Assembly (NCBI GenBank): GCA_017560145.1
Contig: JAFYON010000095.1
Span: 1-52,044 of the forward strand
Origin: Clostridia bacterium
Lineage (GTDB): Bacteria; Bacillota; Clostridia; Oscillospirales; CAG-382
Reading direction: 5' to 3'
Length of the DNA stretch: 52,044 nucleotides
Shown here piece by piece: positions 37,978 through 46,306 of the stretch. Below the pieces are notes generated by a model, which saw only the letters and a program-made list of their open reading frames with translations, had not been told where the DNA came from and did no database searches. Position numbers and translations under genes: made by a program. Positions within the stretch are counted from its first letter, which is position 1; each line of letters opens with the position of its first letter.

Positions 37978-40900
37978 TTTTACACCCAAGCAAAAGCAAG
38001 CCATCAACACTCGTAATAAGGATCTCCTTGTAAGCGCAGGCGCGGGAAGCGGTAAAACCACCGTACTCACACGCCGTCTTATCGAGCGCATAAAATCGGG
38101 CGATTCGGTTGAAAACTTCCTTGTCGTAACCTTTATGAAGGCTGCGGCGGCAGACGTAAAAAGCAAGCTTTACAACGCGCTGCTCAAGGAATATGCAAAC
38201 GACCCCAACAATAACCACCTTTTCCGTCAGTCATTGCTCGTTTCAGAGGCAAATATCTGCACTATTTCATCCTATTGCCTTAATCTCGTAAAGGAAAATT
38301 TCGCGTTGCTCGGTATATCTCCGCACGTGCGCGTTATGGACGAGGTCGAGGAGGCGATGCTTCTTCGCCGTGTCACCGAGGAGCTTATCGCAAAGGGCTA
38401 TGAAAGCGAAAGCGAGGAATTTATAACACTTGCCGATAATTTTACCGGCGATAAGAGTGACGATTCCTTTGCCGAAGCTATGATCAAGCTTTTTAATACT
38501 CTTCGCGTTACGTTAAACCGAGAGGAAACTTTGCTTGCCTGCGCGGACGAATTGGATGCCGAGGCGGAGATAATAAGAAGCCAAGGCCTTTTTGCATCGA
38601 CCGTAGGAAAAGAGATACAAAACCGTCTTCGCACCTTTTACGATGAGTTTATAGAGGATGCAAATGATATCTATGCCTATGCCGCAACCGTTGCATATGA
38701 TGATGCATATCTTGCTCCTCTTGAGAAAACGGTAAGCGCGTTCGAAAATACGCGCCTTGCTCTTGAGAAAGATTATGTAAACTATACCGCGTTGGCGGAG
38801 AGCTCCTTTGCAATCAATCTTTCGTCAAAGGGATGCGACAAGCCTTTTAGCGAAAGCATTAAGGAGCGCAAAGCCGAGCTTATGAAACGGCATACGAAGG
38901 TCGTCGAGCGATATGTTCGCGGCGATGATGAATATAATGCCGAAAGTTTCAAAAAATGCGCCTTTCTCGTGCGAAGAATAAACGAGTTTTTAAACGATAT
39001 CGAAACCGAATACACCGCCGCAAAAAAAGAAAGCGGTGTGCTCGACTATACCGATTTCGAAAAGAAAGCGCTTGAATTGCTTGAGGTACAGGACGAAAAC
39101 GGAGTTTATCATCCGACAGAGCTCTGCCTAAAAACCCAAAACAAATTCAAGGAAATTCTTATCGACGAATATCAGGACGTCAACCCGATGCAGGATAGGA
39201 TCTTCGGTCTTATCTCCGGCGGCGGTCACCGCTTTATGGTTGGCGACGTAAAGCAAAGTATTTACCGATTCCGAAATGCATATCCCGATATCTTCCTTAA
39301 TTACAAGGACGAATTTGCCGATATCGACGATTGCGAGAACAAGAAAAACGCCTGCATCTTCCTTCGCGAAAACTTCCGATGCAGCGAAACTGTTATTGAT
39401 TATGTAAACTATCTTTTCAAGTCGGTAACCGAAAATACTCAATATCTGCGCGAATACGATGGGGAATGGCTAAAGCACGCCTCCCTCCGTCCCGACAGAA
39501 AGCATCCCGTTGTCATCGCCGTTGCCGAAAAGGAAAAGGGCAATGCAGACGAGGCGCGCAAGGCAGAGGCGGAATTTATCGCCCGTGAGATATTGCGACT
39601 TAAAAACGAGGAATGCGATTCCGAGGGCAACGCTTATAAATTCTCGGATTTTGCGGTTATGCTCGGCGCAATGAAGGGCTATTCGATCGAATACGAAAAG
39701 GCATTCAACAAGTTCGGTATACCCTATAAGACCGAAACGAGCGAAAGCTTCCTCGAAAATCCCGATATAAGGCTCTCGGTTTCGGCTTTAAGAGCGATCG
39801 ACGATCCGACGGACGATATTTCGCTTTGCTCGTTGATGCGCAGCCCGATATGCAATTTCGATTCAAACGAGCTTTATAATATCCGTTACCGTCAAAAGGA
39901 CGTTGCCTTTTGGTTTGCCGTGAACGCAAAGGCAAAGCCGAGCGTAAGGCGCATCGCCGATTCAAAATTCACCTTCAAAAGACACAAGGGCGAAAAATCG
40001 CTCGTGATGAAGTGTCGTGAGTTTATAAAGACTCTTACCGATTGGCGAATCGACAGCACCGGTATATCCTGCTGTGAATTTTTAAAGAGATTTTATATCT
40101 CCTCGGGCTTGCTCCGTATCGCCTCGACAACAGGCAACAAGAAAAGCCTTTTGTTGCTTTTCGATTATGCAAGTCGCTTTGAAAGCACAAAAAACGTCGG
40201 TCTTTCAAGCTTTTTGGATTACCTTGACGAGCTTTCCTCGAACGACCGTGAAATTTCCGATGCGGCACGCTCGGGCGATGAGGATGCCATTTCCTTTATC
40301 ACCGTGCATAAATCAAAGGGCCTTGAATTCAACGTCTGCTTCCTTGCGGGTACGAACAAGCGCTTCCGCAGCAACGGAAAGGGCGACAGGATCACCGTTT
40401 CACGCGGGAAGGGAATAAGCTTCACCCTGCGCGACCGCGAAAGCTTCACGACGTTCGATCCGCTTTGTAATATAAACGCGGTGGATAACGAGCGCGACCT
40501 TGCCTTCGGCGAGGAGCTTCGCAAGCTCTACGTTGCGCTTACCCGTGCAAAGGAGCGCCTTTATATCACGGGCAGTGCCGAAAGCGGATGGCAGGACAAG
40601 CGCTATACGAAGACCTCGCTTAACAGCTGGCTCGATATGGTGCTTTATTCGGTGGTCGGCAAAGAGGAAAAGGAATTTTTCAATCTTCGCACCATCGACG
40701 GTCACGACGGCATCGAGGGCTACCGTGCCGAAAGGGCAAGAATAAAAATAACTCCCACGCGTGAAATGGTCGATATCGTCAATTTCCGCTATCCCTATGA
40801 AAAGGCGGTCGCAACTGCCAAAAAAATCTCGGTTTCCGAGCTTCGCGAGGGTCTGCTCGAGGATGACGAATACGATCGCAGTCTGCTTTCCGTGCCGTAT

Positions 40901-41431
40901 TCGCGCGTTGCAATGCGACCTGCGTTTGTAGAAAAGCAGGGCGTAAGCAAGGCGGATATCGGTACCGCAAACCACCAATTTATGCAGTTCTGCAATTTCG
41001 AAAGCATCAAATCAAACGGCGTTGAATATGAAGCAAAGCGCCTTCTTGATATTAAAATGATCTCGGAGCATCAGTATGAAATGCTCGATTTCGATGCACT
41101 GAAGAGCTTTTTCGCAAGTGATTTGTACCGAAGAATGACAGCTTCCAAAAAGCTCTACCGAGAAAAACGCTTTTCTGTAAGCGACGTTCTCGACGGCAGT
41201 GGCGAAAGCATTCTCGTTCAGGGTGTAATCGACTGCTTCTTTGAAAACCCCGATGGAAGCTATACCGTCGTCGACTATAAAACCGACAGAGTGCAAACGG
41301 CGAAAGAGCTTATCGCAAGGCACAACGTTCAGATATCCTATTACCGACGTGCAGTCGAGCGTATGACCGGCAAGCAGGTAAGCAGCTGCATACTTTATTC
41401 CTTTGCGTTGAATTGCGAGGTCGAGGTATGA
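37964..41431 (+). CDS. addA: ATP-dependent helicase/nuclease subunit A
   Basis: UvrD-type helicase (SAGAGSGKTTVL, IDEYQD, VGDVKQSIYRFR) plus a C-terminal RecB nuclease (GVIDCFF...VVDYKTD). The ATG at 37964, behind GGAGGAG, overlaps addB by 14 nt. Confidence 0.95.
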   Translation: MPKTDFTPKQKQAINTRNKDLLVSAGAGSGKTTVLTRRLIERIKSGDSVENFLVVTFMKAAAADVKSKLYNALLKEYANDPNNNHLFRQSLLVSEANICTISSYCLNLVKENFALLGISPHVRVMDEVEEAMLLRRVTEELIAKGYESESEEFITLADNFTGDKSDDSFAEAMIKLFNTLRVTLNREETLLACADELDAEAEIIRSQGLFASTVGKEIQNRLRTFYDEFIEDANDIYAYAATVAYDDAYLAPLEKTVSAFENTRLALEKDYVNYTALAESSFAINLSSKGCDKPFSESIKERKAELMKRHTKVVERYVRGDDEYNAESFKKCAFLVRRINEFLNDIETEYTAAKKESGVLDYTDFEKKALELLEVQDENGVYHPTELCLKTQNKFKEILIDEYQDVNPMQDRIFGLISGGGHRFMVGDVKQSIYRFRNAYPDIFLNYKDEFADIDDCENKKNACIFLRENFRCSETVIDYVNYLFKSVTENTQYLREYDGEWLKHASLRPDRKHPVVIAVAEKEKGNADEARKAEAEFIAREILRLKNEECDSEGNAYKFSDFAVMLGAMKGYSIEYEKAFNKFGIPYKTETSESFLENPDIRLSVSALRAIDDPTDDISLCSLMRSPICNFDSNELYNIRYRQKDVAFWFAVNAKAKPSVRRIADSKFTFKRHKGEKSLVMKCREFIKTLTDWRIDSTGISCCEFLKRFYISSGLLRIASTTGNKKSLLLLFDYASRFESTKNVGLSSFLDYLDELSSNDREISDAARSGDEDAISFITVHKSKGLEFNVCFLAGTNKRFRSNGKGDRITVSRGKGISFTLRDRESFTTFDPLCNINAVDNERDLAFGEELRKLYVALTRAKERLYITGSAESGWQDKRYTKTSLNSWLDMVLYSVVGKEEKEFFNLRTIDGHDGIEGYRAERARIKITPTREMVDIVNFRYPYEKAVATAKKISVSELREGLLEDDEYDRSLLSVPYSRVAMRPAFVEKQGVSKADIGTANHQFMQFCNFESIKSNGVEYEAKRLLDIKMISEHQYEMLDFDALKSFFASDLYRRMTASKKLYREKRFSVSDVLDGSGESILVQGVIDCFFENPDGSYTVVDYKTDRVQTAKELIARHNVQISYYRRAVERMTGKQVSSCILYSFALNCEVEV

Positions 41432-41832
41432 TGCGGCTTAAATCCTTCTACCCGATAACCGTAAAGCTTTTGCAGGATAACAAAAATCTTGTGCTCGACG
41501 TTTTTAAAAAGCTGAATCCCCACAAGGGCGGATTTATCGGTGTTTGCGAGCTTAAGGGTTGCTTTTCATGGGAAAACGTCGGCGAAACCTTTGATTCGCT
41601 TAAAATCGGCGAAGCGCTTTGGGCGGTCAAGAACGAATCGGCAAAATCAATGCAGCCGCTTGAAGTTATCAAAAACGACGGCACCGTGCTTGGCTTTATC
41701 CCGTATGGCGAATCGGTCCTGCCGAATATGCTTATAAAGCGCGGAGTAAGGGTGATTTGCTACGTAGAAGCAAAGGAATTCAACGGCGGTATGCCCGCGG
41801 TTGCAATATCCATCTATTCCGAGGATTATTAA
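41428..41832 (+). CDS. Small protein of unknown function, possibly HIRAN-like, translationally coupled to addA
   Basis: 134 aa. Its ATG overlaps the addA stop (ATGA). The pattern KIGEALWAV...PLEVIKNDGTVLGFIPYGESVLPNMLIKRGVRVICYVEA resembles the HIRAN fold signature. The NPYD-type motif is not conserved. Confidence 0.4.
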   Translation: MMRLKSFYPITVKLLQDNKNLVLDVFKKLNPHKGGFIGVCELKGCFSWENVGETFDSLKIGEALWAVKNESAKSMQPLEVIKNDGTVLGFIPYGESVLPNMLIKRGVRVICYVEAKEFNGGMPAVAISIYSEDY

Positions 41833-41840
41833 AAACAAAA

Positions 41841-41872
41841 ATGTCAACCTTTGCGTGTGCAGAGGTTGACAT
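41841..41872. promoter_or_regulatory. BirA operator (bioO-like palindrome)
   Basis: ATGTCAACCT (41841-41850), 12 nt, then AGGTTGACAT (41863-41872). This gives TGTCAACC-N14-GGTTGACA, close to the known BirA operator form TGTaAACC ... GGTTtACA. It sits directly upstream of bioY, next to a birA gene with an HTH. Confidence 0.65.
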
Positions 41873-41894
41873 TTTGATTTCTTTGTGTTATTTT
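41866..41894 (+). promoter_or_regulatory. Putative bioY promoter overlapping the BirA operator
   Basis: TTGACA (41866-41871, inside the right operator arm), a 17-nt spacer ending in TGT, then TATTTT (41889-41894). Confidence 0.45.
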
Positions 41895-41918
41895 TATTCA
41901 GGAAGGGAAGTGAAGGCA

Positions 41919-42461
41919 ATGAAAAACGGAAACAAGATTAAAAATATAACCATGACGGCGCTTGGTACCGTATTTCTTGCCGTATGCTCGTGGATATCGG
42001 TTGGCGGTATCACGTTGCAAACCCTTGCGATCTTTTTTCTTATCTATTATTTCGGCGGAAAACGCGCGACCGCAATAATTTCGGTTTATCTTTTAATGGG
42101 AGCCTTGGGCTTGCCGGTGTTTTCGGGCTTCGGCAGCGGAATAGGGTGGTTTTTCGGACCTACGGGCGGCTTCCTTCTGTGCTTCTTGTTGGTCGGCGGC
42201 TTGCATGTTTTGGCGGAACATATCTTTAAAAGCAATTTTATGCGTTGGTATCTAAAAATTCCGCTTGCGGTTATAAGCGTGCTTATTTGTTATTTCTGCG
42301 GTGCGATAAGCATGTATTTCTATTATCTGCAGAATGGGTCGAGCCTTTCCTTTTCGGGCGTTTTTTTAAGCAATCTGCTCTTTTTCGGTCTTTTCGACGC
42401 CGCAAAAATCGTTTTCGCTCACTTTATGGCAAAATATATGAAAAGGATCAAGAAAGCTTAA
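41919..42461 (+). CDS. bioY: Biotin transporter, ECF S-component BioY
   Basis: 180 aa with about 6 hydrophobic spans and the pattern GLPVFSGF..G...FGPTGGFL typical of BioY. The ATG at 41919 follows GGAAGGGAAG. The ORF-track start at 41757 lies in the upstream gene. Confidence 0.8.
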   Translation: MKNGNKIKNITMTALGTVFLAVCSWISVGGITLQTLAIFFLIYYFGGKRATAIISVYLLMGALGLPVFSGFGSGIGWFFGPTGGFLLCFLLVGGLHVLAEHIFKSNFMRWYLKIPLAVISVLICYFCGAISMYFYYLQNGSSLSFSGVFLSNLLFFGLFDAAKIVFAHFMAKYMKRIKKA

Positions 42462-43410
42462 CGCTTATTTCACCGCTGTTGAGTATCATTTTTTCGCCCG
42501 AGCCGATAACTACCTCCAATTCGCCGTTGTCGTTAATGGCAACAGCCTTTGCTTGGTAATCGGTCCCGTTGCGGCTGAAGTAAACGGCTTTTCCAAGCAC
42601 AAGCGAATATTCGCGGTACTTATCCATAAATTTCTTTTCGGGCAGAGTGTCGCAAAGCGTACTTAAGCGCGAATAAATATCGGCAACCAAAGCGCAACGG
42701 TCGAGCTTAACTCCGACCGAAGCGGCAATGCCCTTTAATTCATCGGGGAAAATTTCGGTCGTAAGGTTTATGCCGATACCGACGATGACGGCATCCACTC
42801 TTCCGCTTTCAAAATCGGATATAGCCTCGGTAAGTATACCGCAAACCTTATAATTATCAATAAAGATATCATTCACCCACTTTATAAGAGGGTGTTTTTT
42901 TGTTGTTGCCTCAAGCGCCTGACAAACCGCAACCGCTGCCGCTGACGTGATCGCTGTCGAATCTGCAAGCGAAACCTCGGGATGCAAAACACAGGAAAAA
43001 TATATCCCGTCCTCCTTCGGCGAATAAAAGCTTCTTCCGCGTCTGCCGCGTCCTGCAGTCTGCTCGTTCGCAACAAAAAGCGCGTCGGAGGTCAAACCGT
43101 TTGCAATGGCTCTCTTTGCCTCTGTATTGGTCGAATCGATCGTTTGAAAGATTCTTATATCAATTTCGTCATCCTTCAAATAAGCGCGCACAGCGCCCTC
43201 AGAAAGCACCCCTGCCGATGAATTGAGCCTGTGACCGAGATTGTTGACAGAGGTAATGTCAAAGCCCTCGTCCTTGAGTGAATTTATGCACTTTGCAACC
43301 GCACTGCGCGAAACGCTTTCGCCTCTTGCGATTTCCTGACCCGAAATAAATTCGCCCTGTCTTGAAATAAGCGCATATATAATTTTATCGCGTAAGGTCA
43401 AAAAATCCAC
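42448..43410 (-). CDS. birA: Bifunctional biotin--[acetyl-CoA-carboxylase] ligase / biotin operon repressor
   Basis: N-terminal HTH (ISGQEIARGESVSRSAVAKCINSLKDEG), the ligase motif GRGRRGRSF, KWVNDI, and a C-terminal SH3-like tail. The start is either GTG at 43410 or TTG at 43401; the latter has better spacing to AAAGGAAG. Confidence 0.9.
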   Translation of the reverse strand: MDFLTLRDKIIYALISRQGEFISGQEIARGESVSRSAVAKCINSLKDEGFDITSVNNLGHRLNSSAGVLSEGAVRAYLKDDEIDIRIFQTIDSTNTEAKRAIANGLTSDALFVANEQTAGRGRRGRSFYSPKEDGIYFSCVLHPEVSLADSTAITSAAAVAVCQALEATTKKHPLIKWVNDIFIDNYKVCGILTEAISDFESGRVDAVIVGIGINLTTEIFPDELKGIAASVGVKLDRCALVADIYSRLSTLCDTLPEKKFMDKYREYSLVLGKAVYFSRNGTDYQAKAVAINDNGELEVVIGSGEKMILNSGEISVKLS

Positions 43411-43427
43411 TTCCTTTCGTTCAACTC

Positions 43428-43457
43428 ATCAAAAGCAAAAGCCCGTGGAACGGGCTT
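43428..43457 (-). terminator. Intrinsic terminator after the 43456..44247 gene
   Basis: AAGCCCGT / ACGGGCTT hairpin (43439-43457), starting right at the stop codon. On the minus strand it is followed by TTGCTTTTG. Confidence 0.7.
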
Positions 43458-44247
43458 ATTTTGCATGACGGTAAATATCCTCTGCCGCGCGCATTCTCGA
43501 ATCGGGTTGTTCCGCGTCGGAATAATTGTTTCCGATATTGCGTTCGTCAAAGCTTATATCGCTCAAAAAATCCTTTTGCGAAACATACTCGAAATTCTTA
43601 ATGTAAATTTCGCTTACGGAGGAAGCAAAAAATTCTTCCTTAAGCGATTCCTTGTCAATAAGCTTTGATTCCTCTTCGATGCTTTCGTCGGATTCTCCGA
43701 AAACTATCTCCGATTCCTCAAGCACATCTTCAAGCGATTCCTCGCTGCTGATCACGTCGTCGCTTTCCTCGGTTAACGAGGATGCGGATTCGTCAACCTC
43801 GGTTTCCTGATTTTGAGCTTTAAGATATTTTTTATATTTTGTTTCGGTTACGTACGCCAATTTGATTCTGTAGGTACCGTTTTGCATACCCGCAACCTTT
43901 TCCTCGGGGATCGTGATCTGCCAGTCCTCGCCCGGCTCGAGCTCCGCAAAGGTTCCTGAGTACTGTTGGGATATTGCGGTGGCGTTACCTAGTGTATAAT
44001 ACACGTCGCAATATTCAATCCAACCTTCATCGCTTAAATATTCGATCTTGCCGGTCATTTCTTCGTTTTCGTGGAAGAGCAATACAGTGCCGGCGGTATT
44101 TTTAACCGAAATGGTAACTTCGTTGTTACCTTCCTCGGCATCGCTAACAATGTCGACCGAAATGTCCTGACTTTGCCACAAAAGAACCTGAACCGCCAAA
44201 AGGGTAAAGAGTATCATAAAAGCAAAGGCAAGCACAAGCATAGTCAA
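43456..44247 (-). CDS. Membrane-anchored protein of unknown function with a long acidic low-complexity segment
   Basis: 263-aa ORF with an N-terminal hydrophobic span (LVLAFAFMILFTLLAVQVLLW). A roughly 110-aa beta-rich segment follows, then a Glu/Asp/Ser-rich stretch. The start is uncertain (TTG at 44247 or ATG at 44241) and neither has a clear Shine-Dalgarno sequence. Confidence 0.5.
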   Translation of the reverse strand: MTMLVLAFAFMILFTLLAVQVLLWQSQDISVDIVSDAEEGNNEVTISVKNTAGTVLLFHENEEMTGKIEYLSDEGWIEYCDVYYTLGNATAISQQYSGTFAELEPGEDWQITIPEEKVAGMQNGTYRIKLAYVTETKYKKYLKAQNQETEVDESASSLTEESDDVISSEESLEDVLEESEIVFGESDESIEEESKLIDKESLKEEFFASSVSEIYIKNFEYVSQKDFLSDISFDERNIGNNYSDAEQPDSRMRAAEDIYRHAK

Positions 44248-44338
44248 AACGGCTGATTTCTTACGTTCTATGCCAAATCACCTCAATATAAATATAACAC
44301 AAAATAGATTTTTGTAAATGGTTCTTTTTAACAAAAAA

Positions 44339-44367
44339 TCACCTTTTATCAAACGCTGCATAGAATA
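44339..44367 (+). promoter_or_regulatory. Possible sigma-K-type (late mother-cell) promoter
   Basis: tCACc (AC at 44341-44342), 16 nt, then CATAGAATA (44359-44367). This fits AC-N16-17-CATAnnnTA as recalled for Bacillus sigma-K. The motif carries little information. Confidence 0.3.
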
Positions 44368-44421
44368 GTATTGATAATATCAAACAAAAAGATATTATCT
44401 AAACATCGAGGAGGAATTTTA

Positions 44422-45291
44422 ATGAACGAAAGAACAGGTCCGCTCGGCGGACTTTGCGGAAACGGAAAAGAGCAGCTTTGCTGTATCAGCGTAGATAAGG
44501 TTTTCGATTCCGCACGTGATAAGGATTGTCTGGAGGACGTGCGCGTTCATCTGTGCGACTGTGGACAGGAGATCGTCGACAAGGCAAGCGCGGTAAGATG
44601 CAAATCCGTCGAAATCATCAATACCAACATCCACATCGAGCCCGTGCCCTTCAACAAAGGCTTTTATCAGGTAACGGTCCGCTATTATTTCTGCGTAACG
44701 CTCGAGGCTTGTCTTTGCGGCGGCAGAGTACAGGAAGTAAAAGGCTTGTGTGCATTTGATAAAAAGATCATTCTTTACGGCAGCGAAAAGAACGTTTCGG
44801 TATTCACGTCCGATCCCGAAAACAACAGCTTTTGCTTCGACGAGCGCGATCTGCGCTGCGATAGCGAGCCCACCCTTCCCACAGTCGTGGTCGAGGTCGC
44901 TTCTCCCATCTGTCTTGATTGCAAGCTTATCGAGCGCATAAGACCCTTCGGTCATTGCTGTATGTGTATCGACGCCATCCCCGAACGCATCCGCGCTCGC
45001 TTCGAGGGCGATTTCGTCGACGGTGTAGGCTCCAACAACGTCTACGTTACCGTTGGCGTATTCTCGGTAATAAGAATGGAGCGCAAGGTTCAGCTTATGC
45101 TTCCTGCCTGCCATTTTTGTCTGCCCGAAAAGGATTCCAAGCCCTGCGGCAACGACGATCCCTGCTCGATCTTCGGCAAAATGCAGTTCCCGTTGGGTGA
45201 ATTTTATCCCTATGCCGACGAGTATCGAGGCAACGGCGACCGTTGCGTTCACGGAAACAAGAGCGGCAGCTGCGATAAGTGCGGCAAATAA
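44422..45291 (+). CDS. Cysteine-rich protein of unknown function (candidate spore coat/exosporium protein)
   Basis: 289 aa with 25 Cys by my count, including CC, CxC, CxxC and CCxC clusters. It has no signal peptide or TM span. The ATG at 44422 follows GAGGAGGA. Confidence 0.6.
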   Translation: MNERTGPLGGLCGNGKEQLCCISVDKVFDSARDKDCLEDVRVHLCDCGQEIVDKASAVRCKSVEIINTNIHIEPVPFNKGFYQVTVRYYFCVTLEACLCGGRVQEVKGLCAFDKKIILYGSEKNVSVFTSDPENNSFCFDERDLRCDSEPTLPTVVVEVASPICLDCKLIERIRPFGHCCMCIDAIPERIRARFEGDFVDGVGSNNVYVTVGVFSVIRMERKVQLMLPACHFCLPEKDSKPCGNDDPCSIFGKMQFPLGEFYPYADEYRGNGDRCVHGNKSGSCDKCGK

Positions 45292-45316
45292 CGCTGTTTT
45301 TTTCCAAACTTACTCA

Positions 45317-45346
45317 ATGCCACAATTTCGGTTGTGGCATTTTTTT
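45317..45346 (+). terminator. Intrinsic terminator after the Cys-rich gene
   Basis: ATGCCACAA (45317-45325) / TTGTGGCAT (45332-45340) with a 6-nt loop, followed by T7. Confidence 0.8.
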
Positions 45347-45354
45347 GTTTTCCC

Positions 45355-45383
45355 TTGAAATTACGCAATGAATATGTTATCAT
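45355..45383 (+). promoter_or_regulatory. Sigma-A-like promoter for the paralogue pair
   Basis: TTGAAA (45355-45360), a 17-nt spacer, then TATCAT (45378-45383). Confidence 0.45.
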
Positions 45384-45414
45384 TTCATTGCACTAAACCA
45401 TCAAGGAGAAAATT

Positions 45415-46251
45415 ATGGAATTTGTCGAAGTTGTAAACCAAAATCAACATCTTCAAGGCTTTACAAAGGGCGGAAATTTTATGTATTGGTCGTTTACCGA
45501 CTCGCTTGTAAAGACTAATCTTAACAATACCGTAAAATGTCAGGTGGAGATCCACGGCGGACATCTTGGCGACTGTGATTATCACGACGGAAAGATATAT
45601 GCAAGCTATCTTCAAGATGCGCTCCCCGGACACGCTTGGGAGGATTGGACCGGATTTAAGATCTACATTTTCGATGCGAACGATCTTCGTGTTTTGAATA
45701 TTTTAAATCTTGATATTTGCGACTATTACAAGAGCATCACCTGCACCGAGGAGGATACTCGCGGATTTCAGGGTATCGACGGCGTTGCAATAGCGCCCGA
45801 CCCCGTCAGCGGCGAGGACAAGCTTTTTGTAGCCTGCGCGCTTTATACCGGCGAAAAATATGCAAATCAGATCATCCTTCAGTTTACTCTCGACGGCGTT
45901 TACGAAACCGAATATCATATCCCCACGGGCAACACCGTTTTCGGTATTCAAAATTTGGATTACGATGCCGAAAACAAGGAATTTTGGTTTAGTACCTACG
46001 GCGCGTCGCAGCCTTATCAGCCCAAGGAAATTCTTTATTGCATCTCGGGCGATCTTAAGGAAATCAAAAGAAAATATTGCTACTCTACGCCTTTCGGTAT
46101 AGAGTGCCTTGGCAAGGAAGGCTTTTATGCTTCCTATCAGTACGGACAAAACGGCAGACGCGGCGGCGTTGCTTACCGTTGCGATGAATCGATGTTCCAA
46201 AACAACGTTACCGAAGCCGAGGTCGAAGCATTGATCCGCGGAAATAATTAA
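45415..46251 (+). CDS. Uncharacterised protein, paralogue A (278 aa)
   Basis: Good RBS (AAGGAGA). It has no signal peptide or TM span. It aligns without gaps to the next ORF. Confidence 0.7.
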   Translation: MEFVEVVNQNQHLQGFTKGGNFMYWSFTDSLVKTNLNNTVKCQVEIHGGHLGDCDYHDGKIYASYLQDALPGHAWEDWTGFKIYIFDANDLRVLNILNLDICDYYKSITCTEEDTRGFQGIDGVAIAPDPVSGEDKLFVACALYTGEKYANQIILQFTLDGVYETEYHIPTGNTVFGIQNLDYDAENKEFWFSTYGASQPYQPKEILYCISGDLKEIKRKYCYSTPFGIECLGKEGFYASYQYGQNGRRGGVAYRCDESMFQNNVTEAEVEALIRGNN

Positions 46252-46306
46252 TTGAATTTGCAATCTTGCAATATAAAATTTTACAAGTAATTAATAGGAG
46301 TAAATT

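Noticed and set aside
44370-44400. An alternative sigma-A promoter for the Cys-rich gene: TTGATA at 44370 with ATTATC/TATCTA as the -10.
   Set aside because: The -10 candidates are weak and need 17-19 nt spacers. It is recorded only as an alternative to the sigma-K-like element, which is also low-information.
46252-46306. The direct repeat TTGCAATCTTGCAA between the two paralogues, considered as an internal promoter.
   Set aside because: The only -10 candidates at suitable spacing are poor (AATTAA/TAATTA) and there is no upstream terminator. Co-transcription with paralogue A is the simpler reading.
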